From IMG/VR virus record IMGVR_UViG_3300008108_000067, positions 26,890-90,889 of that record: DNA of 64,000 nucleotides. One strand, written 5' to 3'. The notes below the pieces were generated by a model that was given only the letters and a program-made list of their open reading frames with translations, was not told the DNA's origin and ran no database searches. Each line of letters opens with the position of its first letter. The stretch's first letter is position 1. This document shows, one piece after another, positions 40,203 through 46,264 of this stretch. This DNA comes from a virus. A program made the position numbers and the translations under genes.

Positions 40203-40391
40203 TTACTTGGCTGCTGGACCTTCCTTTGGGGTGACCACGGTTGTGTCTGCTGCCTTGATTGAATCGGTGTTCAACTTAGTTGAATCAACTACCACTACGG
40301 TACTATCAGTGGTAACTTCACCCTGAACTTCTTCTGTCTTGGCACATGCCGTCAAACCAACTACTGCTACTGTAAGGATAAACTTGTACAT
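40203..40391 (-). CDS. Small lipoprotein
   Basis: Signal peptide with lipobox LTAC; GGAG SD before ATG 40391. Confidence 0.75.
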   Translation of the reverse strand: MYKFILTVAVVGLTACAKTEEVQGEVTTDSTVVVVDSTKLNTDSIKAADTTVVTPKEGPAAK

Positions 40392-40452
40392 TATGTACGC
40401 TCCATAAAATGAATAATGAAACAACCATTTAAAAATACTACGATACTACAAG

Positions 40453-40523
40453 TTGCCCTCCATGGAATCGAACCACGATTCGCTGATCCAAAGTCAGCTG
40501 TATTGCCATTATACGAGAGGGCA
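40453..40523 (-). tRNA. tRNA-Gln(TTG)
   Basis: GCTGA-CTTTGGA-TCAGC; U1-A72. Confidence 0.92.
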
Positions 40524-40524
40524 A

Positions 40525-40609
40525 TGGTGGGAAGGGGATTGATAGATTCCACTCTATCCAGCACCCCACGGACTAGAACCGTTTCCCATGCTGTTGCAAC
40601 ATTCCACCA
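40525..40609 (-). ncRNA. Candidate tRNA-like RNA with rearranged arms, ending in ACCA
   Basis: T-loop-like hairpin ACGG-TTCTAGT-CCGT precedes D-loop-like GATAGA-GTGGAA-TCTATC; 3' end TTCCCACCA. Confidence 0.5.
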
Positions 40610-40700
40610 AGTTGCCAAGCGTGTACACCCGCGTTGTATACACAAAACGGTAGAGTTCATTAATTAACGTCAGACCACTCTACCAAGCTGACGGGATCAA

Positions 40701-40793
40701 TTAGTGATTACGCTTACGATTCTTCCAACGATTTCTTCGTTTTTTCGAACCGACCTTTCTCCGACCTTTACCGCACTTTTTAGGATGTGGCAT
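40701..40793 (-). CDS. 30-aa highly basic peptide MPHPKKCGKGRRKVGSKKRRNRWKNRKRNH
   Basis: Manual translation; GGAG SD upstream. Confidence 0.65.
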   Translation of the reverse strand: MPHPKKCGKGRRKVGSKKRRNRWKNRKRNH

Positions 40794-40808
40794 CTCGTTC
40801 TCCAAAAA

Positions 40809-40882
40809 TGGTCCCTGAGGGACTTGAACCCCCGCACTTCGAATTATGAGTTCGCTGCTCTAACCGACTGAGCTAAGGGACC
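40809..40882 (-). tRNA. tRNA(CAT), probably Ile2 (lysidine type)
   Basis: Loop CTCATAA; body GGTCCCTTAGCTCAG resembles bacterial tRNA-Ile2. Confidence 0.8.
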
Positions 40883-40927
40883 GATAACTTCTATACAAGA
40901 GTTACTATTGAAAATTTACATAACCAG

Positions 40928-41001
40928 TCCGCCCCGCAGGACTTGAACCTGCACATCTTCGGTATATAAGACCGCTGCTGTCACCATTTAGCTAGAGGCG
41001 G
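40928..41001 (-). tRNA. tRNA-Ile(TAT)
   Basis: Anticodon arm GCGGT-CTTATAT-ACCGA; acceptor CCGCCTC/GGGGCGG; A73. Confidence 0.85.
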
Positions 41002-41016
41002 ATAATTCTATTTTAG

Positions 41017-41088
41017 TACCGCGTACGGGAATCGAACCCGTCTTACCAGAGTGAAAGTCTAGCGTCCTAGCCGATAGACGAACGCGGC
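41017..41088 (-). tRNA. tRNA-Glu(TTC)
   Basis: CTAGA-CTTTCAC-TCTGG. Confidence 0.93.
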
Positions 41089-41105
41089 ATCACATCAACA
41101 TTAAA

Positions 41106-41134
41106 AATATACATAGTCTGTTACTGTTTGTCAA
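41106..41134 (-). promoter_or_regulatory. Sigma70-type promoter TTGACA-N17-TATATT
   Basis: Immediately upstream of tRNA-Glu. Confidence 0.8.
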
Positions 41135-41147
41135 GCCTTGAATGATA

Positions 41148-41660
41148 TCAAAATCCCCGATATGCCATAATATTAGTTATTTTTTCACCAACTACACTAA
41201 TACTATCTACTACCTTTACTTTTTTATCATCCAAATATACTGTAATTTCATTTACCGATGTTCTGTTATTTTCACCGGAATTATTTACAACAATTCGAAT
41301 TGATTTAAATTGTTCAAATAATTTTCGGTTTTCTTCCAATACAGCTACTTTACCAGTAAATACATTTTCGTTCCATTCCGACAGTACTACATCATCTGCG
41401 TATAGTGTACTTAATCGTTTTAAATCTTTTGCAGAAAATGCATCGAAGTATTCTTTTACTATGTTTCCAATAGGTTTTTCTCTACTTAGTGGAAACAACA
41501 ACCACGCAACTAAATACACAGTAACAATTGGAAGTGGTGAAAAGAAAGAACAAATAAATACAAATCGGATGAATACAGGATCTATATTTAATTGCTCACC
41601 AATTCCTCCGCAAAATCCAGCAAGTCTTTTATTGGTTGCACTACGATAAAATTTTCTCAT
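41148..41660 (-). CDS. PspC-domain and NTF2/SnoaL-like fusion protein
   Basis: FYRSATNKRLAGFCGGIGEQLNIDPVFIR (PspC); YFDAFSAKDL...LYADDV (SnoaL-like). Confidence 0.8.
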   Translation of the reverse strand: MRKFYRSATNKRLAGFCGGIGEQLNIDPVFIRFVFICSFFSPLPIVTVYLVAWLLFPLSREKPIGNIVKEYFDAFSAKDLKRLSTLYADDVVLSEWNENVFTGKVAVLEENRKLFEQFKSIRIVVNNSGENNRTSVNEITVYLDDKKVKVVDSISVVGEKITNIMAYRGF

Positions 41661-41676
41661 ATATTCTCCTAGTTAG

Positions 41677-41750
41677 TCGGGGCGGAGGGATTTGAACCCC
41701 CGACCTCCTGCTCCCAAAGCAGGCGCGATACCAGGCTACGCTACGCCCCG
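41677..41750 (-). tRNA. tRNA-Pro(TGG)
   Basis: CCTGC-TTTGGGA-GCAGG. Confidence 0.95.
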
Positions 41751-41753
41751 AAG

Positions 41754-41834
41754 TGCTCTCGGTGAGACTCGAACTCACAAGCCTTGCGGCAGCAGTTTTT
41801 GAGACTGCCATGTATACCATTCCATCACAAGAGC
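41754..41834 (-). tRNA. tRNA-Leu(CAA)
   Basis: GCAGT-CTCAAAA-ACTGC; long variable arm. Confidence 0.93.
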
Positions 41835-41871
41835 GTTCATTACTTCCATTCATTCATTAACATTTTAAATG

Positions 41872-42098
41872 TGTAGTACAGCGGGAAAGGTGTTGTCCTG
41901 CAATCGGGTGATGAGTAGTTGCAACTCTTATCTGTGTATCGTCGTTATTCATCCTCAACTCAATGGAGTTGTTATCGGATATTTTTCTGCACGACCACCC
42001 CTATACATCGTCGTTATTCATCCTAACCCCAGGGGGTTTTCATCAGACGCCTTTCCATACGACCACTAACCGGCTAAGAGCCGTCCTGCTGTACTACA
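41872..42098 (-). ncRNA. Candidate 227-nt structured RNA with two tandem homologous domains
   Basis: 15-bp terminal stem; 18-nt direct repeat at 41938 and 42007; covarying internal hairpins. Confidence 0.65.
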
Positions 42099-42169
42099 TG
42101 GCTCGCTTGGGAGTCGAACCCAACTTTCTAGGTTATGATCCTAGCGTGACACCAGTTCACTTGCCAGCT
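42099..42169 (-). tRNA. Atypical or degenerate tRNA(CAT)
   Basis: CTAGG-ATCATAA-CCTAG; canonical T-arm; acceptor has A1-C72 and G5-G68 mismatches. Confidence 0.6.
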
Positions 42170-42217
42170 ACTGAAATTCTACACCTTGCCATATATTCAA
42201 TGATTTCCTTATTTTCA

Positions 42218-42246
42218 AGTATAATCAATGCTTCTTCTAATGTCAA
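42218..42246 (-). promoter_or_regulatory. Sigma70-type promoter TTGACA-N17-TATACT
   Basis: Upstream of the atypical tRNA(CAT) and the 227-nt RNA. Confidence 0.7.
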
Positions 42247-42366
42247 GTATTTAATTACCATAATATTCTCGTGTTGTAAAACATAACGACAGGACTTACG
42301 ACATAAGACATTCCATTCTTTCTGTTCGCCTACTACCAGTGGGTTGGTGGTTATCGTTATGTTTAG

Positions 42367-42438
42367 AGCACGTGGCGGGAATCGAACCCGCGTCTCTAGC
42401 TTGGAAGGCTAGGATAATAGCCATTATATGACACGTGC
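42367..42438 (-). tRNA. tRNA-Gly(TCC)
   Basis: CTAGC-CTTCCAA-GCTAG. Confidence 0.92.
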
Positions 42439-42537
42439 GGCGAGGTCTTTTTCACGCAGTTCCTCATCTTCGGTCTGGCACGATTCCAGACGAGTTGCGC
42501 TTGCTTTTAAGCTGCTTTCAACCCCCACAACTATTTT

Positions 42538-42747
42538 TTATTCAGAAAAATACTTATTCAAAGTTTCTAACTTATCATCGGCATCAACAAGCATCTGTAA
42601 TGCTTCTTCTGCATTCTTATAAAAATCACCAGTAGAATGGTCACCAATCCCAACAGGAACATTCATCAACAAGTCCAGTGAGAGAAGTGCCTTCTGTCGT
42701 TCTGCTTCTGCTTGCGTTCGTAACATTTCAACTACACGTGCTTTCAT
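42538..42747 (-). CDS. Small hypothetical protein (PVGIGDHS motif)
   Basis: GGAGG SD before ATG 42747. Confidence 0.75.
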   Translation of the reverse strand: MKARVVEMLRTQAEAERQKALLSLDLLMNVPVGIGDHSTGDFYKNAEEALQMLVDADDKLETLNKYFSE

Positions 42748-42767
42748 AATAACCTCCATTAGTAAAA

Positions 42768-42841
42768 TGGACGCTGAGGGATTCGAACCCCCGACATTTT
42801 GCGTGTAAAGCAAACACTCTAACCAGCTGAGTTAAGCGTCC
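42768..42841 (-). tRNA. tRNA-Val(TAC)
   Basis: TTTGC-TTTACAC-GCAAA. Confidence 0.93.
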
Positions 42842-42938
42842 GTTGTTGTCTATGAAGCCCTTTCACAAAATGTCGGACAACGCGACTACCGAGCGCAAGT
42901 ATACGCGTATCAAGCTGGGCCGCCCTCGGAATTAAAAA

Positions 42939-43011
42939 TGGATCCAGTCGGGATCGAACCGACGACCTTTCGCTTGCAAAGCGGATGCTCTCCCAGCTGA
43001 GCTATGGACCC
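42939..43011 (-). tRNA. tRNA-Ala(TGC)
   Basis: G3-U70; loop TTTGCAA. Confidence 0.94.
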
Positions 43012-43577
43012 GTGTTGTACGGAATTAAATTTAACAAGTATTCCTGATTTGTCAAGAACCATTCATACGTTAAATTTTCTGGTATTTCTATTAATTGGTT
43101 TTGACCACGTTCTAAAATGGTTAATCCCAACTCTATGTTAAATGTTTTAACAGAAAAATCTGTACGTTGACTTCTGAATTTTGCTACTGCTTTCCACACA
43201 TCTCCTGTCCACAATCCACGTTCACATAATTCTGTGTGGTGTGGCATTGGTGAACGTTGCATCAATTCGGTATGTGGTTTTGTATCGTGAACAAATATGA
43301 TACCATTATCATTTAGATGTCGAATGCTGTTATCTATATCTCTTAGGACTTGATTACATTCGTGGTCACCATCAATGAAAATAATATCATACATTTCGGT
43401 ACAGTTTTCAAAAAACTCATCAGATGTCATAGGGTATAACATATCTTTGTTATATGGATCTACCCCGTGCTTGATTGCACATTCTACATTGTAAAATGTA
43501 CCACCGTTACTAACACCGATTTCTAAGTATCTTGTATAATTTCGTTCAGCAATTACAGAATTAAATAATTCAAACAT
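43002..43577 (-). CDS. Class I SAM-dependent methyltransferase (Methyltransf_24-like)
   Basis: YLEIGV, DIIFIDGDH, GIIFVHD, WTGDVWK; start at 43577 after the GGAG SD. Confidence 0.85.
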   Translation of the reverse strand: MFELFNSVIAERNYTRYLEIGVSNGGTFYNVECAIKHGVDPYNKDMLYPMTSDEFFENCTEMYDIIFIDGDHECNQVLRDIDNSIRHLNDNGIIFVHDTKPHTELMQRSPMPHHTELCERGLWTGDVWKAVAKFRSQRTDFSVKTFNIELGLTILERGQNQLIEIPENLTYEWFLTNQEYLLNLIPYNTGP

Positions 43578-43589
43578 ATTTTCTCCAAG

Positions 43590-43661
43590 AGCGAGAGATG
43601 GGATTCGAACCCACGACAACGTGCTTGGCAAGCACGGACTCTACCACTGAGCTACTCTCGC
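43590..43661 (-). tRNA. tRNA-Gly(GCC)
   Basis: CGTGC-TTGCCAA-GCACG. Confidence 0.93.
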
Positions 43662-43666
43662 ATTTA

Positions 43667-43831
43667 CTACACAGGACCAACTTCATAATGCGTCAATACT
43701 TTTCCTTTTAATGCTGCTTGTGCATCAACATCATTACGAAACATCGTAATAGCTGCCGTTGCTTCAGGTGCCATATATGTAAAATCCATACTACCACCAT
43801 CAAAATATATTTTTACTAAATATTTACTCAT
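43667..43831 (-). CDS. 54-aa hypothetical protein MSKYLVKIYFDGGSMDFTY...
   Basis: Manual translation; fills the gap between two tRNAs. Confidence 0.6.
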   Translation of the reverse strand: MSKYLVKIYFDGGSMDFTYMAPEATAAITMFRNDVDAQAALKGKVLTHYEVGPV

Positions 43832-43839
43832 ATAGTTAG

Positions 43840-43922
43840 TGCTCCTGGTCGGACTCGAACCGACAAGCCTTGTGAGCGAGAGATTTTAAGTCTCTTGTGT
43901 TTACCGATTTCACCACAGGAGC
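43840..43922 (-). tRNA. tRNA-Leu(TAA)
   Basis: AGAGA-CTTAAAA-TCTCT; long variable arm. Confidence 0.93.
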
Positions 43923-43937
43923 AAAATTGGATGAGTT

Positions 43938-44133
43938 GTTGTAGTATCCTCTCATTTTATAGAGAAGAATTTACCTATCATCATTAGTGCCATCCTCACT
44001 AATGTTTATCCATACACGTTGATTTCTACTTACGGACTCTTCCCCTGCACCGTTGTAGTGGTGTCTCGACGTAAGGATCATAGAGAAGTCGTGTGGCGCG
44101 GGTTTAAACCATACCGCGGGTAAATTCTACAAC
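43938..44133 (-). ncRNA. Candidate ~200-nt multibranched structured RNA
   Basis: Nested stems GTTGTAG/CTACAAC, AATTTACC/GGTAAATT, CGCGG/CCGCG, CACG/CGTG, CTTACG/CGTAAG, CATTAGTG/CACTAATG. Confidence 0.55.
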
Positions 44134-44158
44134 CACCTTTACATTTTTTAATCAGCAG

Positions 44159-44232
44159 TGCCCCCACTAGGACTCGAACCTAGAACTTACTGGTTAAAAG
44201 CCAGCTACTCTGACCAATTGAGTTATGGAGGC
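44159..44232 (-). tRNA. tRNA-Lys(TTT)
   Basis: GCTGG-CTTTTAA-CCAGT. Confidence 0.93.
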
Positions 44233-44249
44233 GTTTAACTTACACAAGT

Positions 44250-44278
44250 AATATATATTACCCACGTACAAATGTCAA
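44250..44278 (-). promoter_or_regulatory. Sigma70-type promoter TTGACA-N17-TATATT
   Basis: Immediately upstream of tRNA-Lys. Confidence 0.8.
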
Positions 44279-44305
44279 GCCCCCAATCTAAATAAATAGT
44301 AAATA

Positions 44306-44419
44306 TTATTTTTTTCGTTTTTTTGGAGTCTTTTTTACGGTTGTAGATTTTACTTTTATTCTAGCTTGCCACGATTTCTTTGGTTTTCTCGTGTGTGACT
44401 TTCTTCGTGTCCATGCCAT
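44306..44419 (-). CDS. 37-aa highly basic peptide MAWTRRKSHTRKPKKSWQARIKVKSTTVKKTPKKRKK
   Basis: Manual translation; AGGAG SD upstream. Confidence 0.6.
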   Translation of the reverse strand: MAWTRRKSHTRKPKKSWQARIKVKSTTVKKTPKKRKK

Positions 44420-44439
44420 ATATACATTTCTCCTATTAA

Positions 44440-44526
44440 CGGAAGAGGTGGGATTCGAACCCACGGTAGGAATTACCCTACGGCTGTTTAGTAGACAGCT
44501 GCCTTAAACCACTCGGCCACCCTTCC
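44440..44526 (-). tRNA. tRNA-Ser(ACT), unusual A34 anticodon
   Basis: GCTGT-CTACTAA-ACAGC; Ser-type body with long variable arm and G73. Confidence 0.88.
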
Positions 44527-44531
44527 AACAC

Positions 44532-45557
44532 TCACTGATAATCAGCTCTCCAAACATTGCTTGTTTCTGAGTAACTTTCATTCAATATTTTTAACGAGTA
44601 TTCTACGTAATTATCACCATCAAACCAACCAGAACCCTTATGCTTAACCATATCTACATATCCACGAAGTTGAATTTTTGTGATATTATGGTTACCTGCT
44701 TGTAGAAAATATTGTACAGTTCCACCTTTATCGTGACTAATAGTTAATTGTAACTTATCACTTCCAAATTCTTTCCACAATTGTTCCAAATCTTCATGTT
44801 GTCCTTTATGTGCTTTAAATTCATTTGGATAATGACAAGAAATCCAATTAAATTTATGTAGATTAGCACATTCTCGTGACAATCCCACAAAATCATTTCT
44901 AACCTTTTGTTGTTGCAAATTAAAAACTAGTCGTGGATTGTTTATATAATGTTTATCCGATAATCGTTCGTTTACTGTTAATTTCCGTATCATATAATCG
45001 TATGTTAATGAATTTTCATCATATATGTCCATACGCACAGGTTCATCAAAGATATATTCTTTTTCTTTGTATCTGAAATTATACGGATACGCATCTCCAG
45101 CCAACGAAACAAATACAGAACGATTAACCGTTGTTAATCCTTGAATTGAGTCCAAATGATTTTTAAAATTTGGAAGAAACTCAATGTCGGTGTCGGTATG
45201 AAAAATCCAATCGGCATCAAAGAAATTATATTTTTTGGAATAGTCAAACATCATATTCATGTTTAACCCAATCTTTGCAAACCAATGTTGGCTTTTCATA
45301 AACTCTACTGATTTTTCTGGAAGTTCCATTTCATTAACATTACGAACTTCTACGATATCTTCCAATCCAAAATCTTTAACACGTTGCCACGTTAAACTAT
45401 CTTCTGATTTTTCTGGATTTGCATTGTTAAAAAGTATAACCTTAGTTTCAAAATGTGGAACTACGTTAACTTTTAAAGAAGCCAAATAAAGATTTATGTA
45501 TCGTAAATCTTCTTCTTCATTTGTTTTTCCACAAGTTGATAGTATCAAAATTTTCAT
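44532..45557 (-). CDS. Putative GT-A fold glycosyltransferase-like protein
   Basis: WIFHTDTDIEF DxD motif; start at 45557 after the GGAG SD. Confidence 0.5.
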   Translation of the reverse strand: MKILILSTCGKTNEEEDLRYINLYLASLKVNVVPHFETKVILFNNANPEKSEDSLTWQRVKDFGLEDIVEVRNVNEMELPEKSVEFMKSQHWFAKIGLNMNMMFDYSKKYNFFDADWIFHTDTDIEFLPNFKNHLDSIQGLTTVNRSVFVSLAGDAYPYNFRYKEKEYIFDEPVRMDIYDENSLTYDYMIRKLTVNERLSDKHYINNPRLVFNLQQQKVRNDFVGLSRECANLHKFNWISCHYPNEFKAHKGQHEDLEQLWKEFGSDKLQLTISHDKGGTVQYFLQAGNHNITKIQLRGYVDMVKHKGSGWFDGDNYVEYSLKILNESYSETSNVWRADYQ

Positions 45558-45572
45558 AATTTCTCCAAAATA

Positions 45573-45646
45573 CGGAATGGACGGGACTCGAACCCGCAAC
45601 CCCCGCAGTGACAGTGCGGTGCGCTAACCGATTGCGCCACCACTCC
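45573..45646 (-). tRNA. tRNA-Asp(GTC)
   Basis: CCGCA-CTGTCAC-TGCGG. Confidence 0.94.
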
Positions 45647-45655
45647 CAGCAACAA

Positions 45656-45913
45656 TTATTTAATTTTACTCTGCGTTACTGTTTCGTAAAGTTTTTCAAA
45701 CTCTTGATGCGTTGCTACTTCGTCATCAAAATTCTGCTTGTGATACGTCTTTGCTAACTTACGAAAAACTTTCTTGTTAAGTTGAAGTTCTTCACAGATA
45801 TCATTGATAATGTTTTTCTGTAAGTCTCGTTCTGCGGAAATTCGTGTCATAGATACACTCATATCCTTTAATGCACCTTCCAACTTCAACTTGTCATTCG
45901 GTGTTAAATTCAT
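45656..45913 (-). CDS. Double-stranded DNA-binding protein (T4 DsbA / GapR-like)
   Basis: SMTRISAERDLQKNI...KKVFRKLAKTYHKQNF...FEKLYE. Confidence 0.75.
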   Translation of the reverse strand: MNLTPNDKLKLEGALKDMSVSMTRISAERDLQKNIINDICEELQLNKKVFRKLAKTYHKQNFDDEVATHQEFEKLYETVTQSKIK

Positions 45914-45955
45914 AATAACCTCGTTGTTGTGATGTTGTAAATAAAATGTTTTTCG

Positions 45956-46051
45956 TTATGAATCTTCTTTTTCTAAGAATCTAGCAATGTATACAGTTCC
46001 ACCCACTGCACACATCATAACCACTAAAAATATTAGAATTGCGGATAACAT
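45956..46051 (-). CDS. 31-aa membrane peptide MLSAILIFLVVMMCAVGGTVYIARFLEKEDS
   Basis: AGGAG SD; one TM segment. Confidence 0.55.
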   Translation of the reverse strand: MLSAILIFLVVMMCAVGGTVYIARFLEKEDS

Positions 46052-46069
46052 ATTTTCTCCTATGGTAAG

Positions 46070-46142
46070 CTCCCAGAGAGGGACTCGAACCCCCGACCCG
46101 GTGATTAACAGTCACCTGCTCTACCGACTGAGCTATCTGGGA
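46070..46142 (-). tRNA. tRNA-Asn(GTT)
   Basis: GGTGA-CTGTTAA-TCACC. Confidence 0.94.
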
Positions 46143-46264
46143 ATATTGTGAGATTCGCACTCACTTGGGGTCATTCAGCAACATCTACATATCAGCAGTT
46201 GCCACCGATATGTCTCTGGTATCAGCCTTCACCCCTAGCTTACCAAATTAAAACTTATCTTCCT

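Noticed and set aside
40567-40583. Amber suppressor tRNA or TAG recoding
   Set aside because: The CTA-containing loop is not in a normal cloverleaf; long genes are intact in the standard code, and TAG and TGA act as stops
40391-40660. ORFs reading through tRNAs (40391-40660, 41641-41853, and the 5' extensions of 42538-42813, 43002-43631, 44532-45599, 48811-49098 and 50517-50864)
   Set aside because: They overlap clear tRNA genes; for the extensions, downstream ATGs (mostly with SD sites) are better starts
42025-42048. Hammerhead ribozyme (CTGATGA followed by a hairpin)
   Set aside because: No GAAA follows stem II, and the second copy of the domain has CCGATAA instead
41938-42066. CRISPR mini-array
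   Set aside because: Only two copies, the intervening parts are themselves homologous and structured, and there are no cas genes in the window
44030-44047. RNase P RNA (GGGGAAGAGTCCG resembles GAGGAAAGTCC)
   Set aside because: The 3' P4 partner motif is missing and the element is too short
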